Shown piece by piece: positions 39,232 to 49,052 of a stretch of DNA of 64,000 bases. Numbering within the stretch: position 1 is the first letter of the stretch; the number at the start of each line of letters is the position of its first letter. Source of the stretch: an uncultured Candidatus Saccharibacteria bacterium. GTDB lineage: Bacteria; Patescibacteriota; UBA1384; XYA2-FULL-43-10; 1-14-0-10-43-13. Location: NCBI GenBank assembly GCA_964543385.1, contig CAZIYE010000001.1, positions 356,933 through 420,932 on the forward strand, read 5' to 3'. The position numbers and the translations under genes are program-made. Under the pieces are notes generated by a model. That model was not told the origin of the DNA. It searched no databases and was given only the letters and a program-made list of their open reading frames with translations.

Positions 39232-39684
39232 TTGTTTTATATCATTAATAAATTAGCATTTCAAATGAAAACAAATTTCAACTTAAAAATCATCGCCCCT
39301 GATGGCGTCAAATATGAGGAAGAGGCCACCGAAATTAGCCTTCCGACTCCAGATGGCTATATTACCATCCTGCCAAATCATATGCCTCTAATAGCACTAT
39401 TAAAGCCAGGCGAGATTATCATCAAGAACGGTTCGAAAATCCATGAGCTAGCAACCGAGGGCGGTATTGTAGAAATCTCGAATAACCTAGTTAAAATCTT
39501 GGCTGATACAGCTGAAGAGGTCAATAATCTTAACGAACTAAGAATTATTGAGGCCAAAAAAGCCGCCGAAGAGAGATTAAAAAATGCCAAGGATGATGTT
39601 GAGTTTGCCGATGCAGCCGCTCATTTAGAAAAACAATTAGCAAAGCTAAGTATCCTTAACAAACGCAGAAAAAAATACCGCTAA
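39232..39684 (+). CDS. atpC: F1 ATP synthase subunit epsilon
   Basis: N-terminal beta-sandwich (…LKIIAPDGVKYEEEATEISLPTPDGYITILPNHMP…) plus C-terminal helices; likely true start ATG at 39265. Confidence 0.8.
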   Translation: MFYIINKLAFQMKTNFNLKIIAPDGVKYEEEATEISLPTPDGYITILPNHMPLIALLKPGEIIIKNGSKIHELATEGGIVEISNNLVKILADTAEEVNNLNELRIIEAKKAAEERLKNAKDDVEFADAAAHLEKQLAKLSILNKRRKKYR

Positions 39685-40002
39685 CTAATCTCTTCTGTCT
39701 TTGCCTTTGTTCGGGATTAAAAACCGAATTATTGCAGCAATTATATACGCAATAACCGCGTAAATGACTATGGCAATTAATGTTGTGATCTCGAAAACAA
39801 AACCGCCTTCTACCACAGGAGAAGGAAAAATGCCTATGAATGGATAAAGTAGAGGCGAAGTCACATCATAAATCCAGTCAGCAAAAGGTGCGGCTAGATT
39901 AGCGCCAAACAATCTTAATAGAAACCTAACCAACAACAATAAGATCGCTATTCCGAAAACAAGATTAACAATAAAAATTAAAATTCTTGATATTGTATTC
40001 AT
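39685..40002 (-). CDS. YggT/Ycf19-family small membrane protein
   Basis: 105 aa; …FGANLAAPFADWIYDVTSPLLYPF… matches YggT core. Confidence 0.55.
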   Translation of the reverse strand: MNTISRILIFIVNLVFGIAILLLLVRFLLRLFGANLAAPFADWIYDVTSPLLYPFIGIFPSPVVEGGFVFEITTLIAIVIYAVIAYIIAAIIRFLIPNKGKDRRD

Positions 40003-40077
40003 AAGATAATCTTATGAGTGATCAAACAAGAAATATATATAATAATTTCTAGCTATTTAGAAATGATTAAAAATGTC

Positions 40078-40671
40078 TTATGATTGTCTCGCCCGAAGTC
40101 TTTCTTGGGCAGCTAAAAGATGGTTTTTTTTCGCCTCTAAATAGGCAACCATGCCTTTTCTTCGTGATTCATGAATTGAATCTGGATGACTCAAAGTGAA
40201 TTCAATAGATTCAAGATTTTTTTTGATATAGTCGTTAACTGGACCAGGAGGAATAGACTCCTCAAATTTATCAAGAAACGCGCCGTAAGAACGTTCAATT
40301 TTTTTAAACGCTTGTGGTTGTGCTTCTGGAATACCAATATTACGTTGTTCAGCTTCTAAAGCCTCACTAAAATCTTTGCTAGCGGCACCAACTCCTTCAA
40401 TCAGATCTTTTACTCGAGGATCATTTACTTTATCTGGTTCACCAAAAAACTCAGTGACCATTCTGCTTGGACTTACTCCAACATCCCACATACTAGTTCT
40501 TTCACCCGAGGCCTCACGGGGATAACTCAGCATCCTTCTTGCCTCTGTCCAGTCCTCACCATTTACGGCCTCCTGAAACTCCGAGAACGTGCCTCTCTCA
40601 ACAACCTGGGCCAGAAAAGGATTATCAACTCCTTTTGGCCGTTCTTCAATCCCATTTTCTTCTTCTATCAT
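40078..40671 (-). CDS. hypothetical acidic soluble protein
   Basis: 197 aa, no TM, no recognised motif; G+C somewhat above neighbours. Confidence 0.45.
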   Translation of the reverse strand: MIEEENGIEERPKGVDNPFLAQVVERGTFSEFQEAVNGEDWTEARRMLSYPREASGERTSMWDVGVSPSRMVTEFFGEPDKVNDPRVKDLIEGVGAASKDFSEALEAEQRNIGIPEAQPQAFKKIERSYGAFLDKFEESIPPGPVNDYIKKNLESIEFTLSHPDSIHESRRKGMVAYLEAKKNHLLAAQERLRARQS

Positions 40672-40701
40672 TGAATCCTCCCATTTTAATGTAGTTTTAT
40701 T

Positions 40702-42477
40702 CTACTTTACTGTCACACTCTTTGCCAGATTTCTTGGTTTATCAGGATCAAGATTCTTCTCAAGTGCAATATAGTATGCAAGGATCTGACCGTATAAGAT
40801 TGCGGAGATTCCAGTGTAAATTCCGCTATCAGCCGCAGGAAGGTAGGTATCGAAAACAGTATTATTCTCAAAAGAAATTCCAATAACATCGGCTCCACGA
40901 GCCTTTACCTCCATCGCATTGGAGATAATCTCTTTCTCCGACCCATCCTTCGCCACGAAGACCAAAACAGGTACTCCTGTCTCTATGAGAGCAATTGGAC
41001 CATGTTTTAAATCTCCTCCGGCATAACCCTCTGCATGGATGTAAGAAACTTCTTTTATCTTAAGACAGGCTTCCAATGAAGTTGGGTAATTTATTCCCCT
41101 ACCAATAGCATAAATATTTGGCACGCTTGATAATTTTTTAGCAACATTTTTTATTTTCAAAAGGCTCTTTTTGTCTAGAATATTCTCAATGTCACTTTTT
41201 AACTCGCGAAGCACTTTTTTGCCGTCTCCGATGTTATCGCTGAGCGCAAAAGAGAGCATTGTAAACATCCCAAGCTGAGAAACATAGGCTTTTGTAGATA
41301 GAACACAGATCTCCGGTCCTGCTTTGGTGATTATCGAATAGTCAGCTACCCTCATCAGAGTCGATCCCATCACATTTACTAGTGCTAATATCTTAGCTCC
41401 ACCTGCTTTGGCAATTTTTACTGCCTCCAAAACATCAGCCGTTTCACCACTTTGAGAAACAGTGATTATCAAATCATTTTTATTAACAAACTGAGCAAAA
41501 TATGGGAACTCTGCTGCTGATATAGGCCTCAAATTTATTCCATTATTTTTTGCAAAAATATAACTACCATACATAGCTGCATGAAGAGCCGTACCGCAAG
41601 CTACAACGTAGATAGTCCTTGCTTTTCTTATCATCGCAATTGCCTGGTCAAGATCAGCCGAAGCTGTTGCAATCGTTTTTTCGAGAACCATTGGCTGCTC
41701 GCTCATTTCCTTGATCATAAAATTCGGAAATCCGCCCTTCTCTGCTTCGTCGAACGTCCATTCTATCTTCGTGACTTTCTTTACTACTTTTTTCCCAGTT
41801 TGAACATCAAAAATCTCGTAACCACTAGAATCAGCCGCTACCATTTCCATATCATCAAGGAATATAACCTTGTCCGTATATTTTAAGAAAGCAGGTACAT
41901 CTGAGGCTAAAAAGTTCTCCTTTTCGCCGATACCAAATACCAAAGGACTACCCTTTCGAGCGCCAATCATTACATTACTATCCTGATCTATAATTGCTAA
42001 TGCATAATTTCCTTCAAGATAGCCTAGAACACTTTTTACTGCATCACTCAGGGTTTTGCCCTTATCCAACTCAAGTTCTATGGCATGTGGCACTACCTCT
42101 GTATCGGTTTGAGACAGGAATTGAATGCCTTTTGCCTCAAGATCACGACGCAACTCCTGATAATTCTCGATAATTCCATTATGAACGACTGCTATCCTCT
42201 TGCTCTTAGAAAAATGTGGATGGGAATTTATCTCTGTGACTCCCCCATGAGTTGCCCAACGGGTATGGCCGATGGCAATGCCACTAGAAAAATTGGGTAA
42301 TTCCTTTTTGAGATCAAAGGAACCGATCTTGCCTACCTGTTTATGAATGTCGAGCTTATCTCCTTTTTTTATTGCAATCCCCCAGGAGTCATAACCACGA
42401 TACTCGAGTTTTTTGAGCCCTTCAAAAACTATATTTGCACCATCTTGCTTACCAATGTAACCAACAATTCCACACAT
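40702..42477 (-). CDS. glmS: glutamine--fructose-6-phosphate aminotransferase
   Basis: 591 aa; N-terminal MCGIVGYIG Ntn nucleophile; two SIS domains; C-terminal …KSVTVK-like end. Confidence 0.9.
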   Translation of the reverse strand: MCGIVGYIGKQDGANIVFEGLKKLEYRGYDSWGIAIKKGDKLDIHKQVGKIGSFDLKKELPNFSSGIAIGHTRWATHGGVTEINSHPHFSKSKRIAVVHNGIIENYQELRRDLEAKGIQFLSQTDTEVVPHAIELELDKGKTLSDAVKSVLGYLEGNYALAIIDQDSNVMIGARKGSPLVFGIGEKENFLASDVPAFLKYTDKVIFLDDMEMVAADSSGYEIFDVQTGKKVVKKVTKIEWTFDEAEKGGFPNFMIKEMSEQPMVLEKTIATASADLDQAIAMIRKARTIYVVACGTALHAAMYGSYIFAKNNGINLRPISAAEFPYFAQFVNKNDLIITVSQSGETADVLEAVKIAKAGGAKILALVNVMGSTLMRVADYSIITKAGPEICVLSTKAYVSQLGMFTMLSFALSDNIGDGKKVLRELKSDIENILDKKSLLKIKNVAKKLSSVPNIYAIGRGINYPTSLEACLKIKEVSYIHAEGYAGGDLKHGPIALIETGVPVLVFVAKDGSEKEIISNAMEVKARGADVIGISFENNTVFDTYLPAADSGIYTGISAILYGQILAYYIALEKNLDPDKPRNLAKSVTVK

Positions 42478-42597
42478 AGTTACCTCCGGTTAATATGCAT
42501 TATTCTATCAATATAGTCTTTAATAGAAAAGCGGATAATACAAAATACTAGAGATATGAAAATCTCCGTGTTTTGATCCGTGCAAAAATTGTTGCGC

Positions 42598-44088
42598 CTA
42601 ATGAGTATTGCTGTCTATTTCGCTCTGAGGTGGTATTTTGGAGATTATCTGCTGTTGGCTCTTATCAATATTTGTCCTTGTAAAAGGAAAAGTTATCGTG
42701 AATTGGCTGCCAGAATTTTCCATACTATCGACAAAAATCTCCCCCCTCATCTTTTCGACCATTTCTTTAGTTATCCAAAGCCCTAGTCCAGTACCAGGGA
42801 TATCTCTGGTGGCATCTGTTTTGATCCTGTAGAATTTTGTAAATAAATTTTTCCGCGATTCTGGAGACATTCCGACACCAGTATCTTTTATAATTGTTTT
42901 TATCCTGTCTTTATCAATGACATGGTAAATATTCACGCTACCAGAAAGCGTATACTTTATTGCGTTACCTATTATATTTGTCAATACTTCTCGCAATCGG
43001 TTTTGGTCTGCAGAAATCTCGATATCATTCATCGGCTCATACTTCAACTCTAGGTTCTTTTCTTGGGCCTGAATGGAAAGATTATCGACTACCTCGCCAA
43101 CAAATTTACTCATATTTAGAGGTTCAAACTCAAATTGCAAACGACCTTGTTCTAGCCGCGAAACATTAAGTAGATCATTTACAAGATCATTTAGACGTGA
43201 AGCCTGTTTGTCAACAATACCAATATTCGCCCTTGCTTTCTCGTCAATTGAACCGCCGACACCATCTACAATATTTGAAAGATACCCCCTGATTGCGGCT
43301 ATTGGAGTCTTCAGTTCATGTGAAGCGATTGAAATAAAATCATCCTTCATTTGGTCTACTTCCTGAAGCTTTCTGACAAGCATTGCCCTTTCGAAGAAAC
43401 GAAAATGATTTATCAACAAAAGCAAAATAATTATTATTGTAGCGATTAATACAATAAACGAACGTTCAAATGACTCCTGAACCAATTCGTCGATACTCTT
43501 CAATGACACTTTTGTGTCAATCAAACCCAACTTATTTTCCCCATTTGCTACTAAGTTAGTCACAGACCACACTCGCATAGAAGAATTTGAACTATCGGCA
43601 TAGCTACCTAGGATAGCTACAGGCTTATTTTCTTTCCAAGCAATATCCGACTGATAACCTTCTGCGACCGTGTCTATCTTTTCCTTACTTGTGCTAGCCA
43701 AAACAACAAAGTTTTCTCCGTCTCTTGTTAGGATAGAGACCTCCATAACATCTTTAGCATTGACCTTAATCTTCTCCAGCTTAGTCTGTGCTAATGTTTT
43801 ATTAGAAAAAATTTCCGAATCAGCAACACTGGCGAATATTTCGTTCGCCAATACTGCTTTCTCGTGCAGCTCATTATCCATATTTTGCTTAGCAGATTGC
43901 CAAATCCAAAAAATATTTCCAACTAACAACGTCGGAATTAGGACAACGAGAAGGATAGAATACACGAGCTCAAACTTACTATTCGCCTTTTGACTCAGAA
44001 TCGGTTTCATCCGCCTCCACATATCTAAATTTACGCAAACCGAAAAACAAAATTGCCAGAACTGCCAAACCAACAACGATAGTAACAT
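42598..44088 (-). CDS. sensor histidine kinase (orphan, no response regulator adjacent)
   Basis: H-box SIASHELKTPIAAIRGY; N, G1, G2 boxes (…NAIKYT…, …DTGVGM…, …GTGLGLWI…); real start probably internal because the track ORF overlaps the upstream gene. Confidence 0.75.
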   Translation of the reverse strand: MLLSLLVWQFWQFCFSVCVNLDMWRRMKPILSQKANSKFELVYSILLVVLIPTLLVGNIFWIWQSAKQNMDNELHEKAVLANEIFASVADSEIFSNKTLAQTKLEKIKVNAKDVMEVSILTRDGENFVVLASTSKEKIDTVAEGYQSDIAWKENKPVAILGSYADSSNSSMRVWSVTNLVANGENKLGLIDTKVSLKSIDELVQESFERSFIVLIATIIIILLLLINHFRFFERAMLVRKLQEVDQMKDDFISIASHELKTPIAAIRGYLSNIVDGVGGSIDEKARANIGIVDKQASRLNDLVNDLLNVSRLEQGRLQFEFEPLNMSKFVGEVVDNLSIQAQEKNLELKYEPMNDIEISADQNRLREVLTNIIGNAIKYTLSGSVNIYHVIDKDRIKTIIKDTGVGMSPESRKNLFTKFYRIKTDATRDIPGTGLGLWITKEMVEKMRGEIFVDSMENSGSQFTITFPFTRTNIDKSQQQIISKIPPQSEIDSNTH

Positions 44089-45187
44089 AAACTATATAGT
44101 TTTTTATCATTCCGTAGAATGGATCATCTAAAACTATACCTTTGTTACCAGGGATATCCAACATTGACGAAGCAGCTCGAGCCTTTGAAATAAAGAAGCT
44201 TTTTGCTTCAGTGCGTAGAATCTCTTTAGTTTGAGGGTCCTCAATCAACACGTAGCTCTCATGTTTCCCAGTATCAAGTGGTCTATCGAGTATGTATTGC
44301 CAATTGCCATTTTCGTCTGCCTTGACCGACACGACTATCGGATCGCTAAAAATATATAGATATATTATAGAATTTGGCTTAGCTTTACCAGAAAAAGAAA
44401 TTGCATCTTTTTTATTCGTACTATTAGCTGTATCAGCCGAGGACAACTCAATATTTTTGACACTTTCTATGGTAACCATCGCTTGGTTATCAGACCTCAT
44501 AACATTCGTGGACTTAATCTGCTCAATACTTTTGACGAACTTTTCGGGTAAGATCGTTGAATCAACAGCAACTTGACTGGAAGCTATTTGATCAGCATTA
44601 GGGCTTGAACTACTAGCTTGGTCACCAGATGTAGTTATGGGCGCCTCTGATTGTTGTATTGAGGGCTGCTTATAACCAGTCGGCTTTGGGTCTATAATAT
44701 TGGATCCTGTTTTCGAAGCTATCGATGTATCAGTGGATAATCCAGTTGAGGTCTGTGAAACCGGAGTCTTTATAACATAGCTAACCATGTTGGATTGGCC
44801 AAAAACACTAGTTCCAGCATCAGCTACGGCGTAAGAGGTGTAATTACCCGGTGTGAAATTAGTGGTTGGCAACACAAGAAACCATGTTCCATCCGACATT
44901 CTAATGGGAATATTAATTCTTGTCTCACCATTATCACTCCTGCTATAAATAGTAACTGCCGTTAAGCCTAGAGGTGTTACTTTCATACTAATTCTACTGT
45001 CTTCAACCGAAATAGCCAGAATTGGTTTTGGCAAATTGGCATTCGCTAATGGAATAATTGCTGGATTATTGCTTCCGACTGTTTGATCAATTAGGGCATT
45101 GGCCAAAGTACGATTAGCAACAAAAAAACCAGCTACCATCAAAAATAATATCGATAGCAAACCGAGCGCAAAATAGACCTTTTTCAT
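43979..45187 (-). CDS. hypothetical cell-surface protein (N-terminal signal anchor, Ser/Thr-rich middle, C-terminal TM anchor)
   Basis: 402 aa; TM at both ends, acidic cytoplasmic tail. Confidence 0.5.
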   Translation of the reverse strand: MKKVYFALGLLSILFLMVAGFFVANRTLANALIDQTVGSNNPAIIPLANANLPKPILAISVEDSRISMKVTPLGLTAVTIYSRSDNGETRINIPIRMSDGTWFLVLPTTNFTPGNYTSYAVADAGTSVFGQSNMVSYVIKTPVSQTSTGLSTDTSIASKTGSNIIDPKPTGYKQPSIQQSEAPITTSGDQASSSSPNADQIASSQVAVDSTILPEKFVKSIEQIKSTNVMRSDNQAMVTIESVKNIELSSADTANSTNKKDAISFSGKAKPNSIIYLYIFSDPIVVSVKADENGNWQYILDRPLDTGKHESYVLIEDPQTKEILRTEAKSFFISKARAASSMLDIPGNKGIVLDDPFYGMIKNYIVYVTIVVGLAVLAILFFGLRKFRYVEADETDSESKGE

Positions 45188-45207
45188 CCCCTCCTGTTCT
45201 TTTTCTT

Positions 45208-46110
45208 TTAGTGTTCAAGATACATTTTAACAAATCTTTTTACTTCTGGGAAATCACCTAGCCAATTTATCTCCGGAAAACGTTTAAACCATGTGATTTG
45301 ACGACGAGCGAATTGATGAATTTTGTATTTAAGTTGCTGCTTCATTGCTTCTTGCGATTTATCAGTACTATCATCAGCCAAATACTGTGTTATTTCTCGA
45401 TATTCCAATCCTAAGTTTATCAACCATTCCTTACTCACACCTCGCTCCAAAAGTCCTGTAACCTCTTCTAGCATTCCAGCTTCAAACCTTTCATCAACCC
45501 GACGATCAATTCTTTCGTGAAGTTCTTTTCTATAAACCTCTATACCAATTTGAAGAACTTCAAAGTCAGGTTTTTTCTTGATTGGTTCTAGCCCTTCTTG
45601 AGCTAATTCAATAGCACGTATCAAGCGGTGATTATTTTTTTTATCAACCATTTCAAGCTTATCAGGATCAATTTCATACAAAATTTTGCACAATTCGTCA
45701 GCAGATTTATTTTCAAGATCTTTTCTTAAGAAATTTATTTTTTGTTTCTTGTCTTTTGTTTTTTGTAAATAAAATCCTTCTACTAATCCCTGAATATACA
45801 ACCCTGTTCCTCCCACAATTATTGGTAGCTTTCCTCGATCACAAATATCATCTATTTTAGCTCTAGCCAAAGGCAAATAATCAAACAATGTCATCTTTTC
45901 TTCTGGTTCAACAATGTCAATCATATGGTATTTGACACCATCATATTCCGATAGATCTTTCCCTGTGCCTAAATCAAGCCCACAATAAACTTGGCGAGAG
46001 TCCGCAGAAATTATTTCTCCATCAAATTCCTTTGCTAATCTAACGCCAACAGTAGTTTTTCCGGATGCTGTTGGCCCGACAATGGCTACTACCTTCTTTC
46101 GATTGGTCAT
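45208..46110 (-). CDS. miaA: tRNA dimethylallyltransferase
   Basis: 300 aa; P-loop GPTASGKT; …DSRQVYCGLDLGTGK…. Confidence 0.9.
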   Translation of the reverse strand: MTNRKKVVAIVGPTASGKTTVGVRLAKEFDGEIISADSRQVYCGLDLGTGKDLSEYDGVKYHMIDIVEPEEKMTLFDYLPLARAKIDDICDRGKLPIIVGGTGLYIQGLVEGFYLQKTKDKKQKINFLRKDLENKSADELCKILYEIDPDKLEMVDKKNNHRLIRAIELAQEGLEPIKKKPDFEVLQIGIEVYRKELHERIDRRVDERFEAGMLEEVTGLLERGVSKEWLINLGLEYREITQYLADDSTDKSQEAMKQQLKYKIHQFARRQITWFKRFPEINWLGDFPEVKRFVKMYLEH

Positions 46111-46222
46111 CTCTTAATGTTCCTGCTTGATTTATTTGATCATTTGCTTATATAATTTATCTATAATAGTTACTCGCTTGGAGGGATTTTACCAAATTTT
46201 GGATAAAAAATCTATTTTGCTT

Positions 46223-46930
46223 ATGATCAGCATTGATAAACTTACAAAAAAATACGAAGGACAGACCATTGTCGATAATATTAGCCTAAAGATTAACAAA
46301 GGCTCTATCTTCGGTTTTTTGGGCCCAAATGGCGCCGGCAAAACCACTACAGTCAAAATGATCGTAGGTCTTTCTTGCCCGTCCAGTGGGAAAATTGAAT
46401 TGGATAGCAAAAAAATAAATCTTGGGCAAATTGGCTATATGCCGGAAGATCCTTATTTTTATGATCGCTTAACAGCTGCAGAGTTTCTCAATTTTGTTAA
46501 AAGTCTTTTTCCTAATCAAAAAACAACATTAAAAACAAAGGAATGTCTAGAAATGGTTGGGCTAGAAAAATCAGGAAACAAACAAATATATAATTTTTCA
46601 AAAGGCATGAAACAGCGCCTAGGACTCGCCCAAGCAATTATTAATGACCCGGAATATCTTTTCCTAGATGAGCCTCTCGATGGACTTGACCCGATCGGAA
46701 GATTGGAGTTCAAAAAAATAATCTTGAGTTTAAAGAAACAGGGCAAAACAATATTTTTTAATTCTCATGTTCTTTCCGACGTCGAAGAAATCTGTGATGC
46801 AATAGGAATACTAAACCATGGCAAATTAATCTACTCAGGATCTATCAAAGATTTTTCCGGCAAAGAATCGCTAGAAAAAAAGTTCGTTGAGATAATAACC
46901 AAACAGACAATTTCGCAGAACAATGAATAA
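46223..46930 (+). CDS. ABC transporter ATP-binding protein (ABC-2 type)
   Basis: Walker A GPNGAGKTT; signature FSKGMKQRLGLAQAI; Walker B LFLDEP. Track ORF starts at 46127; ATG at 46223 fits the conserved N-terminus. Confidence 0.8.
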   Translation: MISIDKLTKKYEGQTIVDNISLKINKGSIFGFLGPNGAGKTTTVKMIVGLSCPSSGKIELDSKKINLGQIGYMPEDPYFYDRLTAAEFLNFVKSLFPNQKTTLKTKECLEMVGLEKSGNKQIYNFSKGMKQRLGLAQAIINDPEYLFLDEPLDGLDPIGRLEFKKIILSLKKQGKTIFFNSHVLSDVEEICDAIGILNHGKLIYSGSIKDFSGKESLEKKFVEIITKQTISQNNE

Positions 46931-47420
46931 AAAAATAAAATTAAAAATTGGTGTCATTATAGAAGATGACAATGGCAGGATTTTCCTTCAAAAAGAAAAG
47001 TTCTCTAGGAATCTAGTTCATAAATGGAATATTATTACCGGCAGTTTCGAAGAAAAAGACAATTGCATGCCAGATACAGCGATTAGAGAATGCAAGGAAG
47101 AGGCCAATCTTGATATCAAATTGACAGGAATATTTCAGGTATTAACTATCAACAAATCTGGTGGCTATAAGATATATGTAATTTTTACAGCTAAACCCTT
47201 AAGTGGCCACGCGTTGTCACACCAGTCACTCCAAGAAAAGTTTGGAGAGAGCATAATCGAACAAAAGTGGTTTACAAAAGAAGAGATCGCAAACATAAAT
47301 AAGAGCGATTTTGTGACAAGTTCTTTAGCCGCAACAATCAGCCAATATGCTTCGAGCGACCATGCCACGATAATGCCTCTCCTCAACTTACAACATTTTG
47401 AGGGGGAGTGTTACAATTAG
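46923..47420 (+). CDS. NUDIX hydrolase
   Basis: Nudix box GSFEEKDNCMPDTAIRECKEEANL; 8-nt overlap with upstream ABC gene. Confidence 0.75.
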   Translation: MNKKIKLKIGVIIEDDNGRIFLQKEKFSRNLVHKWNIITGSFEEKDNCMPDTAIRECKEEANLDIKLTGIFQVLTINKSGGYKIYVIFTAKPLSGHALSHQSLQEKFGESIIEQKWFTKEEIANINKSDFVTSSLAATISQYASSDHATIMPLLNLQHFEGECYN

Positions 47421-47453
47421 AATCGTAATATTTATCAGTTTATACACCAATTT

Positions 47454-48218
47454 ATGAATAACATCATTTCTATCGCTAAAAATACCTTTAAAGAAACTGT
47501 CCGAGATAGGATTCTTTATGGCATAGTGGCATTTGCTCTGCTTTTTCTGGTTTCGACGATATTTATCAGCTCGCTTTCCCTTGGGGAAGATATCAAGGTA
47601 ACAAAAGACCTTGGTCTAGCAGGGATCTACATATTTAGTATTATAATTACTATTTTCTTAGGATCTTCTCTCATTCATAAAGAACTAGAGAAGAGAACTA
47701 TCTATATTGTCCTTTCTAAACCTGTCTCTTCTCTAGAATTTATTCTAGGTAAATTTCTAGGCTTATTCACTAGTATAAACCTTAACCTTTTGCTAATGAC
47801 AATTGCATACCTTGCATTAGTAGCTTACAAAGGCGGAGGTTTCGATTATATGTCCCTTTTCTCTATACTTCTTCTGATGTTTGAACTTGCGATTTTTGTA
47901 GCCCTAACTCTCCTCTTCTCTGTATTTACAACTCCACTTGCAAGCATGATATATTCGATGATAATTCTCTATGCTGGACACTCACTATCAATGCTGACAA
48001 AAACAGCTGAAAAATCTGGAAATTTATTTGCAAAAACTTTATCTTACGCGGCATATTACGGATTTCCCAATCTTGAGAAATTCAACATTCGCAATTCTGT
48101 TGTGTACGGCATGACTCCAGATGCGAGTCAGATCATATTTCCTATTTTATATTCAACTATCCTTATCACAATTTTGCTATGGCTAGCTACCATAGCAATT
48201 AAGAAACAAGATCTATAA
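47454..48218 (+). CDS. ABC-2 family transporter permease
   Basis: 254 aa, 6 TM. Confidence 0.65.
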   Translation: MNNIISIAKNTFKETVRDRILYGIVAFALLFLVSTIFISSLSLGEDIKVTKDLGLAGIYIFSIIITIFLGSSLIHKELEKRTIYIVLSKPVSSLEFILGKFLGLFTSINLNLLLMTIAYLALVAYKGGGFDYMSLFSILLLMFELAIFVALTLLFSVFTTPLASMIYSMIILYAGHSLSMLTKTAEKSGNLFAKTLSYAAYYGFPNLEKFNIRNSVVYGMTPDASQIIFPILYSTILITILLWLATIAIKKQDL

Positions 48219-48219
48219 A

Positions 48220-49014
48220 ATGGCCAAAAGAATATATTTAACAGCTGTTTTTTCATTACTCGCCGCAGGATTATTCACAACCCAATACTTTTTTGATCAG
48301 AATAAAAAAAGGCAAATTCCGATAGAACCAATCGTTTTGAGCTCAGAAATCATTAAGATTGTAGATCTGGGTTTACACAATGCAGCAGCCGATTTTGCCT
48401 GGTTGTCAGCAATTCAGTATTTTGGTGGACCATCAAAAAGTAATTACGAAAAAATAGATGATTATTTATATCTCGCTTCAGATTTAGATCCCAAATTTGC
48501 ATATCCCTATGCATTTAGTTCGATAGTGCTACCATCAGTCAACCAGACAGACAAAGCTATTGAATTGGCAAAGAAGGGCATTGCCGAGGCTACACCAGAT
48601 TGGCGCATCCCCTATTTTTTAGCAACCACCTATCATATAGATAAAGAAGATAGCAAAAATGCATCCTATTATTTTGATCTTGCCGCTCATACAAAAGGGG
48701 CGCCAGAGGGAGCAAGGAAAGTTGCTGCAACATATGGATCACGTCCAGACATTAGAGACCAAACAAAACAAATTTGGCTTGGTATATATGAAAGTTCAAA
48801 TGATGAGATAGTAAAAGAAAGAGCCAAGAATTATATTATCCATTTCGAAATACTTTCTTTTCTAGAAGAAGCAGCCAGACAATACAAAAAGCAATTCCAG
48901 AAATTCCCAGTAACACCCGAGGAAATGATCCCGTCAATTCTTAAAAATGTTCCTAACGATCCTTTAGGTCTGCAGATCAAATTCGACGAAAACGGTCGGG
49001 CAGTGATAAAATAA
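48220..49014 (+). CDS. hypothetical exported/membrane-anchored protein
   Basis: 264 aa; N-terminal TM, no recognised domain; 2 nt after the permease stop. Confidence 0.45.
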   Translation: MAKRIYLTAVFSLLAAGLFTTQYFFDQNKKRQIPIEPIVLSSEIIKIVDLGLHNAAADFAWLSAIQYFGGPSKSNYEKIDDYLYLASDLDPKFAYPYAFSSIVLPSVNQTDKAIELAKKGIAEATPDWRIPYFLATTYHIDKEDSKNASYYFDLAAHTKGAPEGARKVAATYGSRPDIRDQTKQIWLGIYESSNDEIVKERAKNYIIHFEILSFLEEAARQYKKQFQKFPVTPEEMIPSILKNVPNDPLGLQIKFDENGRAVIK

Positions 49015-49052
49015 GAGAATAAAAATTATACTAGAAAGTAGAGGTTCAAAGA